Both the position numbers and the translations under genes were made by a program. A stretch of 64,000 nucleotides of DNA from an uncultured bacterium (GTDB taxonomy: Bacteria; Verrucomicrobiota; Kiritimatiellia; PWTM01): positions 4,762 through 68,761 of the forward strand of contig CALLFZ010000023.1 of assembly GCA_938010045.1 (NCBI GenBank). Direction: 5' to 3'. Each line of letters opens with the position of its first letter. Positions within the stretch are counted from its first letter, which is position 1. The notes under the pieces were generated by a model. The model had not been told where the DNA came from. It saw nothing but the letters and a program-made list of their open reading frames with translations, and did not search any database. Positions 44,846-53,857 of the stretch are shown here, in pieces.

Positions 44846-46801
44846 TCAACCGATGGGCGACCCGGGGGGAACGTCGCCATCCACCGTGACGAGCTGCAGC
44901 CGTCCCTCCGTCGAGGCGGCCAGCAGCATGCCGCGCGACTCGATCCCGCGGATCTTCGCGGCCGCGAGGTTGGCGACAACGACGATCGTGCGCCCCACCA
45001 GCTCCTCCGGCCGGTAGTGCTGCGCGATGCCGGCCACGATCGTCCGCCGCTCGGAGCCGAGGTCTATGTCGAGCTTCAGCAGCTTGGATGTGTTCGGCAC
45101 CGGTTCCGCGGCGAGCACGCGCGCGGTCCGCAGGTCGGTTCGGCGGAATTCGTCGAGGGTGAGGACTCCGGCCGTGGACGCGGCAGCGGACGAGGCCGGC
45201 GATGAGGCCTTCGGCGGCGCGGATGTTGCGACGTCGGCGGGCGGTTCGATCCGCGGGAACAACGGACCACTCGTGTGCAGCGAAGCGTCGGAGGGGATGC
45301 GGGGGTCGTCGGCCAGGTCGGACGGCGACGGGTCCGCGGAGAGACCGAGCGCGGCGCGCAGTTCGCCCATCTTGCCGGGCATCACCGGATGCAGCAGCGT
45401 CGCGCATACGCGCAGCGCCTCGGCCGCGGTGCGCAGCGTCGAGTGCAGCGGACCGCGGTCGGCCCCCTTCGCCTGGTTCCACGGCGCGCGAACCTCGAGA
45501 TACCGGTTAATGGCGCGGACCGCTTTGATCGCCGCGCCCACTGCCTCGTCGAGCCGGTACGTGGTCACGAGGTCGAGCGACGCGCGACGGGCCGCATCGA
45601 CCGCGGCGGCGAGCTCAGCGCCGGCAGCGTCGTCGGTGCGGGAGGCGGTGGGCAACCGGCCGCCGCAATAGCGCTCGGTCATGGTCACGAGGCGGCTGAG
45701 CAGATTGCCGAGATCGTTGGCGAGATCGCTGTTGTAGCGGCGCATGAAGGCGGCCTCGGAGAAGGACGCGTCTTGGCCGAACGGCATCTCGGCGGCGAGG
45801 AAGTACCGAAAGGCGTCCACACCGTAGCGGCCGATCAGGTCGAGCGGGTTCACGACGTTGCCGAGCGACTTGCTCATCTTCGTGTCGCCCATGAGCCACC
45901 AGCCGTGCGCGAAGACCGTGCGCGGCAGGGGCAAGCCGAGCGCCTTGAGCATCGTCGGCCAGTAGACGGTGTGGGTTGTCAGGATGTCTTTGCCGACGAG
46001 CTGGAGCGAGGCGGGCCACCATCGCGCGAACATCGCCTCGTCGCGGCCGTGCCCGATCGCGGTGATGTAGTTGAGCAGTGCGTCGAACCAGACGTAGCAC
46101 ACGTAGTCGCGATCGAACGGCAGCTCAATGCCCCACTCGAGCCGGCTCTTTGGGCGCGAGATGCAGAGGTCGCCGAGCTCTTTCGTGCGCAAAAAACCGA
46201 GCGTCTCGTTGCGGCGGAACTCGGGGCGGATGAAGTCCGGATGCGACTCGATGTAGTCCACCAGCCAGTCGCGATAGGCGCTCATCCGGAAGAAGTAGTT
46301 TGATTCGCGGATGCGCACGATGCCGGGCAGGTCGGCCGGTGTGCGGCCCTCGGGTACGTGCAGGTCGCGCTCGGCGACAAACGTCTCGCTGGTGACGTCG
46401 TACCACCCGTCGTACTCGGCACGGTAGATTTCCCCGCGCTCGTAGAGGTCCCGAAGGACGGCCTGGACCGCGGCGGTGTGTCGCGGCTCGGTTGTGCGGA
46501 TGAAGTCGTCGTTCGTGATCGCGAGCGTGCGCCACAGCTCCTGGAAGCGCACCACGGTGCGGTCGGCCTGCTCCTTCGGCGAAATGCCGGCGGCCCGCGC
46601 GGCCTGCTGCACTTTCTGGCCGTGTTCGTCGGTGCCGGTCAGGAAGAAGGTCGGCACACCGAACAGTCGGTGAACGCGCGCGAGCACATCGGCGACGACC
46701 GTCGTGTAGGCGTGGCCGATGTGCGGCCGGTCGTTGACGTAGTAGATCGGCGTCGTGACGTAGAAGCGATCCACCGACGTGCGAAGTGGAACGGCACTCA
46801 T
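44846..46801 (-). CDS. metG: Methionine--tRNA ligase with C-terminal tRNA-binding domain
   Basis: TTPIYYVNDRPHIGHAY, GTDEHGQK, YVWFDAL, KMSKSLGN; C-terminal KLLKL...RTIVAGI...SRGMLL. Confidence 0.97.
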   Translation of the reverse strand: MSAVPLRTSVDRFYVTTPIYYVNDRPHIGHAYTTVVADVLARVHRLFGVPTFFLTGTDEHGQKVQQAARAAGISPKEQADRTVVRFQELWRTLAITNDDFIRTTEPRHTAAVQAVLRDLYERGEIYRAEYDGWYDVTSETFVAERDLHVPEGRTPADLPGIVRIRESNYFFRMSAYRDWLVDYIESHPDFIRPEFRRNETLGFLRTKELGDLCISRPKSRLEWGIELPFDRDYVCYVWFDALLNYITAIGHGRDEAMFARWWPASLQLVGKDILTTHTVYWPTMLKALGLPLPRTVFAHGWWLMGDTKMSKSLGNVVNPLDLIGRYGVDAFRYFLAAEMPFGQDASFSEAAFMRRYNSDLANDLGNLLSRLVTMTERYCGGRLPTASRTDDAAGAELAAAVDAARRASLDLVTTYRLDEAVGAAIKAVRAINRYLEVRAPWNQAKGADRGPLHSTLRTAAEALRVCATLLHPVMPGKMGELRAALGLSADPSPSDLADDPRIPSDASLHTSGPLFPRIEPPADVATSAPPKASSPASSAAASTAGVLTLDEFRRTDLRTARVLAAEPVPNTSKLLKLDIDLGSERRTIVAGIAQHYRPEELVGRTIVVVANLAAAKIRGIESRGMLLAASTEGRLQLVTVDGDVPPGSPIG

Positions 46802-47760
46802 CGAACACCTCCTGCGGCCGATGCGACGTGGTACCGCCACAGCTCGGCGAGCCCGTCGGCCAGCGCGACGGAGGGCGCAAACCCCAGCCGCTCGCGAATG
46901 CGCGAGATGTCAGCCACCGAGTGGCGGACGTCGCCGGGGCGGGGCGGTTCGAACACCGGCGGCGTGGAGCGGCCGGCCACCGACGCGAGCGCCCCCAGCA
47001 CGTCCATCAGTGAGCTCGCGCGACCGGTGCCGACGTTGAACACCTCGCCCCGGCCCACCGCCGGCGAGGTGGCGGCCAGGCGGATCGCCGCGACCACGTC
47101 GCGGACAAAAATGAAATCGCGCGTCTGAAGTCCGTCACCAAACACCCGCGGCGCCTCGCCCCGCACGAGCGCGTCGGTGAAGCGCGAGATCACGCCCGAG
47201 TAGGGCGAGGACGGGTCCTGGCGCGGGCCGTACACGTTGAAAAACCGGAGCGCGACCGTTTCAAGACCGTACAGCTCGGCGTGCACGCGGGCGATGTACT
47301 CGTCGGCCAGTTTCGCCGCCGCGTACGGAGAGACGGGCGCCGGGGCCATATCCTCGCGCTTTGGGAGCGCCGGGTCGTTGCCATACACCGCCGCGGAACT
47401 CGCGAGCACGACGCGCCGCGCGCCGGCCGCACGCGCGGCCTCCAACACGTTCACCGTCCCGAGTACATTGATTTCGTAGTTCTCCGAAGGCCGCGCCACC
47501 GAGTCGGCCACCGACACCAGCGCCGCGAGATGAACGACGATCCGGACGCCGCTCATCGCGGCGGCGAGCTGCTCCGGCGAGCCGATGTCGCCCACGATCA
47601 GATCCACCCGCCCGCGCGCGCCGGCCAGGTTCTCCGCGCGTCCGCTCGAGAGGTTGTCAACCGCGCGCACCTCGAGGCCATCGGCCGCCAACGCCTCGAC
47701 CAGATGGGAGCCGATGAAACCAGCGCCGCCGGTCACCAACACAAGGGGGCGATCGCTCAT
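46798..47760 (-). CDS. NAD-dependent nucleotide-sugar epimerase/dehydratase (extended SDR, GalE/WbpP-like)
   Basis: LVTGGAGFIGSH, ASSAAVYG, YAAAK, LRFFNVYGPRQDP, RDFIFV. Confidence 0.9.
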   Translation of the reverse strand: MSDRPLVLVTGGAGFIGSHLVEALAADGLEVRAVDNLSSGRAENLAGARGRVDLIVGDIGSPEQLAAAMSGVRIVVHLAALVSVADSVARPSENYEINVLGTVNVLEAARAAGARRVVLASSAAVYGNDPALPKREDMAPAPVSPYAAAKLADEYIARVHAELYGLETVALRFFNVYGPRQDPSSPYSGVISRFTDALVRGEAPRVFGDGLQTRDFIFVRDVVAAIRLAATSPAVGRGEVFNVGTGRASSLMDVLGALASVAGRSTPPVFEPPRPGDVRHSVADISRIRERLGFAPSVALADGLAELWRYHVASAAGGVR

Positions 47761-47802
47761 TCGGCCGGGTCCGCCCTCAGTCCATCTCGTTCGCCACCGC
47801 GC

Positions 47803-48684
47803 TCAGGCCCGCGTCGCGTCGAGCACGCCGCGGAAGTAGCCGATGGACTCGGCGACGCCCGGCAACGGATCGTTCTCGTCCTTTTCGAACTCGAGGCTGC
47901 ACACGCCCGAGTAGCCGACATCGCGGAGGGTGCGCACCAGCTCGGGGATGTTGATCAACCCACGGCCGAGCTCGACGGTGCGTCCGCTTTTGTCCGCCGC
48001 GGTCACGTTCTTCAAGTGGAGGTCGTAAATCCGCGCGTGGTGCCGGCGCAGATCCTCGATCGGGTGTACGCCGGCGCGCAGGTTGTGGCCGATGTCGAGG
48101 CAGATGCCGATGCGCGGATCGAGCTCGGCGATCCACTTCATCGTGGCTTCGGCGGTGGCATAGGGGAGGTTGTCCGGCCCGTGGTTGTGAATCGCGTAGC
48201 GCATGTCGTACTCGCGGACCTTGCCCTCAACGTATTTCAGCAGCCGCGCCGATTCGACCTTTCGCTTGTCCTGCGTCTCGAACGGCACGCCGACGATGAG
48301 CTTGACGCCCACCCGCCGCGCATACTCGAAGGCCTGGTCCACGGCGGCTTCGTCGCCCATGTAGATCGGGCCGACGCCGTAGCCGGTAATGCCATACTTC
48401 GCGCACAGCTCGTGAAACGCCGTGATCTCCGCCGCATTCGCCGAGAGCGGAAGATGGAAATCTTTAATGCAAAGATACTTCACGTCGATGCGCTGTAGCA
48501 TGTTCAGTGTGTCTTCCAGCGAAAATTTGCGGAACGTGTAGCCGGCCATGCCGACCTGGAATCGGTCAGCGGCGGCGCGGCCGGCGGCAGCCGGCGGATC
48601 AGCGGCGAGCGCGCGCGCGGTCAGCGCGGCCGTTCCCAGCGCGGTGGCACCCACAAATTCGCGGCGAGTGAGTGTGTGACTCAT
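47803..48684 (-). CDS. Tat-exported sugar phosphate isomerase/epimerase (xylose isomerase-like TIM barrel)
   Basis: Tat motif TRREF; AIHNHGP, CLDIGH, HLKNV, LEFE. Confidence 0.88.
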   Translation of the reverse strand: MSHTLTRREFVGATALGTAALTARALAADPPAAAGRAAADRFQVGMAGYTFRKFSLEDTLNMLQRIDVKYLCIKDFHLPLSANAAEITAFHELCAKYGITGYGVGPIYMGDEAAVDQAFEYARRVGVKLIVGVPFETQDKRKVESARLLKYVEGKVREYDMRYAIHNHGPDNLPYATAEATMKWIAELDPRIGICLDIGHNLRAGVHPIEDLRRHHARIYDLHLKNVTAADKSGRTVELGRGLINIPELVRTLRDVGYSGVCSLEFEKDENDPLPGVAESIGYFRGVLDATRA

Positions 48685-48842
48685 GATCGGTCTCCGGATG
48701 GGCTGCTCGCGTTCGTCGGCGGACAGGCCCGTTGTAAATCGCAAGGCTACCGCCGGTGCGCAGGGTGGTCAAACGGTCGCCGCTGGAGGGAGCTCCTTAA
48801 CGCTGAACGGCGAGGGGCGGACATCGCGCGTTTGGCCAAGGC

Positions 48843-48895
48843 GGTGCCTGTCCCATCGTTGGACGGCGCTCGAGGAAGTCCGTCCAAGCATTGGA
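48843..48895. repeat. Single GGTGCCTGTCCC copy overlapping a second pair of TCC(A/C)A-N3-TTGGA palindromes 32 bp apart
   Basis: TCCCAtcgTTGGA at 48851-48863 and TCCAAgcaTTGGA at 48883-48895. Confidence 0.5.
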
Positions 48896-49116
48896 AGAAG
48901 TGAGGCGGCCGTCGAAAGCCGTGCGGCCGCGCGGGTGGCATCCATTTCGGCGATTGTGGGGCGGCCAGAGCGGCCGGAGGGCCGGTGCTCGAGCCTGTGT
49001 GCCCAGCCGGAGGAATGGGTTGGCCCACGACCTCTGGCCGCAGAGTGCCGGGGCTACAACAAGGGCGGCCGGGCGCTCTGATGGGGCTCGATCCACTCCG
49101 CCCGCCCACTCGGTCT

Positions 49117-49653
49117 TCACTCACCGGTTGCCGTGGCGCGCCGGTAGATCGCCTCGACGAGGTCGGCGACGTCCTCGACCGGGCGCCCGGTGGTGTCCAC
49201 CCGGTCGGGAATCGACTCGTAGAACGGCTTTCGCGCCTCGAGGAGCTCGCGAACGCGCCGCTCGCGGTCCGGCGCCTGTAGCAACGGGCGGTGCGTGTCG
49301 CCCGCGACGCGCTGGAGGATTGCATCGGGGGTGGCCGTGAGGCACACGACCACGCCGCCGCGACGCAGGTGCTCGATGTTGACCGGATGGAGGACGATGC
49401 CGCCGCCCGCGGCGATCACCAGCGAACGGGGTTCGCCGAGCTCGGCGGCCAGTTGCGTCTCGAGCCGGCGGAAGTAGGGTTCGCCGGAGTCGCGAAAAAT
49501 GGCGGGAATGGTGCGTCCCTCGCGCTCTTCGATCAGCGCGTCCATGTCGAGGAAGGTTCGCCCCCACCGCTCAGCGATGCAGCGGCCGACCGCCGATTTG
49601 CCGGTGCCCATGAAGCCGACCAGCACCAGGTTGGCCGCAGAGCTCGGAGCCAT
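49117..49653 (-). CDS. aroK: Shikimate kinase (alternative start 49677)
   Basis: LVLVGFMGTGKS, FLDMD, IFRDSGEPYFRRLE, GGG, RPLL. Confidence 0.95.
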   Translation of the reverse strand: MAPSSAANLVLVGFMGTGKSAVGRCIAERWGRTFLDMDALIEEREGRTIPAIFRDSGEPYFRRLETQLAAELGEPRSLVIAAGGGIVLHPVNIEHLRRGGVVVCLTATPDAILQRVAGDTHRPLLQAPDRERRVRELLEARKPFYESIPDRVDTTGRPVEDVADLVEAIYRRATATGE

Positions 49654-49664
49654 TCTTGGCCAAG

Positions 49665-50495
49665 TCAGATCCGCCATCGCGTGAGCATCCCGATGTAGAG
49701 GTCCCACCAGTTTCGGCCACCGAGCAGCCAGAGGGTCGCGCCCAGCGCGAGGAAGGGGCCGAACGGGATCGCGCTTCGCAGCTGGCGGCGCCGGAGCGCG
49801 ACGAGCGAGAGCCCCACCACGGCGCCGGACAGCGACGAGGTCAGAAACGTGAAGAGGACCGCCGGCCAGCCGAAGCACGCGCCGATCGCGCCCATCAGCT
49901 TCACGTCGCCCATGCCCATCGCCTCCTGGCCGAAGATCCGCTCGCCGATACAGGCGAGCGCCCAGAGCGTGCCGGCGCCCACCGCCGCGCCGAGCGCGGA
50001 GCGGGCGAGCGCGACCCAGCGGCGGTCGGCGTCGTGCAGCTCGGGCCACAGCCAGGCGGCGACGAGCCCCACCACGATGCCGCCGAGCGAGACACGGTCA
50101 GGGATGTACATCTCGTCGAGGTCCACGAATGTCGCGAGCGTCAGTCCGGCCACCGCGACCGCGCCGAGCCAGAACATCGGACTCCACCCATGCATCCAGG
50201 CCAGCCCCGCCCAGAGGATGGCCACGAGCGATTCGACCAGCACGTAGCGAGGTGAGATCGGAGCGCCGCATGTCCGGCATCGCGCTCGGAGGGCGAGCCA
50301 GCTCACGATCGGAATGTTGTCGTACCACGCGATCGCACCGCCGCACGCCGGACAGCGCGAGCCCGGCCACACGATCGAACGGTCCTTCGGAATGCGGTAG
50401 ATACAGACATTGAGAAAACTGCCGACGCAAGCGCCGAACAGGCCGGCGACCAGCGCCAGCGCCCCCGGAGGCCATTCGAACGGACCGGCCTTCAT
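49665..50495 (-). CDS. pilD: Prepilin peptidase / N-methyltransferase (A24)
   Basis: GSFLNVCIYRIP, SRCPACG, DNIPIVSW, CRTCGAPISPRY, MGMGDVKL, IPFGPFL. Confidence 0.95.
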   Translation of the reverse strand: MKAGPFEWPPGALALVAGLFGACVGSFLNVCIYRIPKDRSIVWPGSRCPACGGAIAWYDNIPIVSWLALRARCRTCGAPISPRYVLVESLVAILWAGLAWMHGWSPMFWLGAVAVAGLTLATFVDLDEMYIPDRVSLGGIVVGLVAAWLWPELHDADRRWVALARSALGAAVGAGTLWALACIGERIFGQEAMGMGDVKLMGAIGACFGWPAVLFTFLTSSLSGAVVGLSLVALRRRQLRSAIPFGPFLALGATLWLLGGRNWWDLYIGMLTRWRI

Positions 50496-51364
50496 CCGTA
50501 GACAGCGCGCTCCAGCGCGGCGCGCATGACGTGGATCGGCGCGGCGCGTCCGGTCCAGATCTCCAGTGCGCGCGCGCCCTGGTGCCATAGCATGCCGAGT
50601 CCGTTGGATGCGCGCGCACCCGCTGTCTCTGCCGCCCGCATGAACGGCGTGACGGGCCGATGGTAGATGAGGTCATAGGCGAGGGCGTCGGGCGCGAATG
50701 CCTCGGGGGGCAGCGGCGAGGGATCGTGCTCGTGCAAACCGACCGGTGTGGCCTGCACCACGAGCCGGGTCCGGCGCGCCGCCTCGACCGCGTGGGCTGT
50801 TGGGACCACGTCGGCCTCGACCGTCGGCGCGAGCGCCCGCAGCTCACCGAGCAGACGCTCGGCGCGGGCGGTCTCGGCATCGCACAGGGTCACCGCTGCC
50901 GCACCGCTGCGCGCGCACTCGAGCGCGACGGTCCGCCCCGCGCCGCCGCACCCGAGCACGAAGATGCGGAGGCCCGTCGGCGTCACACCGAATGCCTCGC
51001 GGAGGCCGCGCAGGAAGCCCTCGCCATCAGTGCTGTACCCCACCGACCCCTCCGGCTCGAACCGGATCGTGTTCACCGCGCCGGCCAGCCGCGCGGTGTC
51101 ATCGAGCCGCGCGACGCAGCGCGCCGCGATCTCCTTGAGGGGCACGGTGACGTTCGCACCGGCGCATCCGACTGCCGCGAGGCCCCGAATCGCCGCCGGT
51201 GCTTCTTCCGGCCGCACGTCGAACGCCAGATACACGGCGTTGAGGCCGAGCTCGCGCAGCGCTGCGTTGTGCATCACCGGCGAGAGGCTGTGGGAGATCG
51301 GATGCCCTAGCACCGCAAACAAACGGGTGCCCGCATCCGGCCAGCCCGGCGTCGCGCCCCTCAT
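50492..51364 (-). CDS. aroE: Shikimate dehydrogenase
   Basis: GHPISHSLSPVMHN, NVTVPLK, AVNTI, STDGEG, GCGGA, NGLGMLWHQG. Confidence 0.95.
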   Translation of the reverse strand: MRGATPGWPDAGTRLFAVLGHPISHSLSPVMHNAALRELGLNAVYLAFDVRPEEAPAAIRGLAAVGCAGANVTVPLKEIAARCVARLDDTARLAGAVNTIRFEPEGSVGYSTDGEGFLRGLREAFGVTPTGLRIFVLGCGGAGRTVALECARSGAAAVTLCDAETARAERLLGELRALAPTVEADVVPTAHAVEAARRTRLVVQATPVGLHEHDPSPLPPEAFAPDALAYDLIYHRPVTPFMRAAETAGARASNGLGMLWHQGARALEIWTGRAAPIHVMRAALERAVYG

Positions 51365-52965
51365 AGCGGCGTCCCGTTGCCGTTGCGCCGGCGGGTTCGG
51401 CGCGACGTCGCCGCCCGCCCGTACAGGTAGCGGTTGACCGCGCTGAGGTACGCACGGGCGCTCGCCTCGACGACATCCGTGCTCGAGGCGCGGCCCACCA
51501 CCGGCTCGCCGCGATCGAACCGCACTTTCACGACGACCTCGCCGAGCGCGTCGGTGCCTTGCGACACCGCACGCAGCCCGTACTCGAGCAGCTCGCCCTC
51601 GAGACCGACGATGCGGTCGATCGCGCGGATCGCGGCGTGCACCGGGCCGTCACCGGTACCCGCCTCCTGGACGACCGAGGTCGGTGTCGTCCGGCGCAAG
51701 CGCACAGTCGCGGTCGGAATCGCGTGGTTACCGCTGCTGAAGCCCAGATAATCGAGCGTCCACGTCGGCGGCACGTCGTCGAGACGGCCCTCGACCAGCG
51801 CGATGAGGTCCTCGTCGTAGACAAACTTCTTCTTGTCGCCGATGTCCTTAAATTTCGCGAAAATCTCGTCGAGGTCCCGGTCCGATAACCGGAAGCCAAG
51901 GTGGCGGAGCCGGGCCGACACGGCGTGACGGCCGCTGTGCTTCGTGAGCGGTAGCTCCGTCTGGCCCCAGCCGACGTCGCGGGGGTCCATAATCTCGTAG
52001 GTCTCGCGCCTCTTGAGAATACCGTCCTGGTGGATGCCGCTTGAGTGCGCGAACGCATTCTCGCCGACGATCGCCTTGTTGCGCTGCACGATCATGCCAC
52101 TGAGCCGCGAGACGAGCCGCGAGGTCTTCAGAAGTTCGCGGGTCCGGATGCGGGTCGTGAGGCGGCCAAACGCATCGGCGCGCGTCTTGAGGGCCATGAC
52201 GATTTCCTCCAGCGCGGCGTTGCCGGCCCGCTCGCCGATGCCGTTCACGGTGCACTCGACCTGCCGGGCCCCGTTCCGCACCGCGGCAAGCGAGTTCGCG
52301 ACGGCGAGGCCGAGATCGTTGTGGCAGTGGACGCTGATGATCGCTTCGCCCCGCGCGAATTCAGGCACCTGCTCGTACAGGTACCTGATCAGTGCGCCGA
52401 ACTCATCAGGGGTGGCGTACCCGACCGTGTCGGGGATGTTCACGGTGTGCGCGCCGGCCGCCACGACGGCGCGGCAGACCTGAACAAGAAAGTCTCGTTC
52501 GGTACGCGAGGCGTCCTCCGGCGAAAACTCGACGTCCTCGACCCACTGCCGTGCGCGCCGCACGCCCTCCACCGCGAGCCGCAGGATCTCATCCTCCGCT
52601 TTGCCGAGCTTGTACTCGCGGTGGATCTTCGAAGTGGCGAGGAACACGTGGATGCGACCGCGACGTCCGGCTGGCTTCACGGCGGCACCCGCGGCGTCAA
52701 TGTCCTTCGGCACGCAGCGCGCGAGCCCCGCGATGATCGGGCCGCGCACCTGCCGGGCGATCGTCTCCACCGCGCCGAAGTCGCCCGCGCTGATTACGGG
52801 AAATCCGGCCTCGATGATGTCCACGCCGAGACGCGCAAGCTGTCGCGCGATCTCGAGTTTTTCGCGCGGCGACATCGAGGCGCCGGGGCATTGCTCGCCG
52901 TCGCGCAGCGTCGTATCGAAGATCCGAACTCGTCGGTCGTCTCGGTTCATCGCGTTGGTCTCCAT
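51361..52965 (-). CDS. leuA: 2-isopropylmalate synthase (alternative start 52950)
   Basis: IFDTTLRDGEQ, PDTVG, HCHNDLGLA, NGIGERAGNA, GIHQDG, C-terminal regulatory domain (GDGPV). Confidence 0.95.
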   Translation of the reverse strand: METNAMNRDDRRVRIFDTTLRDGEQCPGASMSPREKLEIARQLARLGVDIIEAGFPVISAGDFGAVETIARQVRGPIIAGLARCVPKDIDAAGAAVKPAGRRGRIHVFLATSKIHREYKLGKAEDEILRLAVEGVRRARQWVEDVEFSPEDASRTERDFLVQVCRAVVAAGAHTVNIPDTVGYATPDEFGALIRYLYEQVPEFARGEAIISVHCHNDLGLAVANSLAAVRNGARQVECTVNGIGERAGNAALEEIVMALKTRADAFGRLTTRIRTRELLKTSRLVSRLSGMIVQRNKAIVGENAFAHSSGIHQDGILKRRETYEIMDPRDVGWGQTELPLTKHSGRHAVSARLRHLGFRLSDRDLDEIFAKFKDIGDKKKFVYDEDLIALVEGRLDDVPPTWTLDYLGFSSGNHAIPTATVRLRRTTPTSVVQEAGTGDGPVHAAIRAIDRIVGLEGELLEYGLRAVSQGTDALGEVVVKVRFDRGEPVVGRASSTDVVEASARAYLSAVNRYLYGRAATSRRTRRRNGNGTPL

Positions 52966-52984
52966 CGTATCCGCCGAATCCAGC

Positions 52985-53016
52985 AAGAAAAAGACCCACC
53001 GCACCGCGGTGGGCCC
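52985..53016 (-). terminator. Intrinsic terminator (attenuator) upstream of leuA
   Basis: Minus strand GGGCCCACCGC-GGT-GCGGTGGGTC followed by TTTTTCTT. Confidence 0.85.
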
Positions 53017-53040
53017 TCGCCGCCATTCGTCGGGGAATGC

Positions 53041-53151
53041 TCAACCCGGCGCCGGGCCCACCGCGCGCGGACGCAGGCCGAGACGGCGCAACAGCCCCCG
53101 GCGGGTTCGGACCACGACGATGGCGACACTCGGGTTCAAGGTCAGCAGCAC
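53041..53151 (-). CDS. Putative Ile/Val/Leu-rich leader peptide of the leuA operon, (ML)LTLNPSVAIVVVRTRRGLLRRLGLRPRAVGPAPG; start GTG 53151 or TTG 53139
   Basis: VAIVVV and LL..L.L clusters; its 3' part holds a 12-nt antiterminator arm (53054-53065) perfectly complementary to the terminator 5' arm. Confidence 0.7.
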   Translation of the reverse strand: MLLTLNPSVAIVVVRTRRGLLRRLGLRPRAVGPAPG

Positions 53152-53178
53152 AGTACTGCGTGCCCCCCCCCGCGTCAA
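53150..53178 (-). promoter_or_regulatory. Sigma70-like promoter TTGACG-N17-TACTGT with a G9 tract in the spacer
   Basis: -35 at 53178-53173, -10 at 53155-53150, C9 on the plus strand at 53163-53171. Confidence 0.5.
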
Positions 53179-53857
53179 GGAACTGCCTTGCCGCTTGAGC
53201 CGATTGTGCTGCGGGAAACGATCGGCCAACAACGATGTCGGCGAAGGATGGCGAACATTGTTGAGCCCAACACCCGCGCGCGAGTTGCTGGTTGTTTCTA
53301 CCCTTCCGCCAAACACGAAGTTGTCGCCCTCGGCCCTGACGCGGGTAGACGTTGGGGGAGATTAGCCCGCATGAACTTCGACGCCCCCCTCGCGCTTCGA
53401 TGAGGATCGCCTCGACGACTCTCCGGACCTCGCAACCGTCCGTCGCTTCGTCCAGACCTGCTCGGTGGAGAGGCTCTGGAGCACGTTGCGGGAGCTATTT
53501 GCAGGTCTTGGAGGGTCGGGGGCCATGTGCGCCCTTCCGCACTTCCGCATGCCGACTTCGCGTCTCATCCCTCAAGCACAATCCACAGTGCAATCGGGTC
53601 GGCACGACGAGAGGCGGTGCACACGGCACTCAGCTTCGCTCACGCCGCACTGGGCGCGCTGCCCGCATCACGGCAAGGTGTGGATCCACGCGCCGGTGCG
53701 TACAAGCTTCGATCGGTGGTATTGCTGGAAACCGCCCGCAGCCCGCGGTTGTCCCGGCGCACGACTGGCTTGCCGACTCCCGCAGTGTCGGCCGAAGCCC
53801 CGCTTGGAGCTGGGCGGCGCTTGATTTATAAGAAGCGGCCTACAGGGGATTCGTCGG

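Noticed and set aside
53400-53850. Short ORFs and possible RNA structure between the leuA promoter and the beta-helix gene
   Set aside because: No motifs or SD; only a weak REP-like fragment (GGCCTACAG at about 53837)
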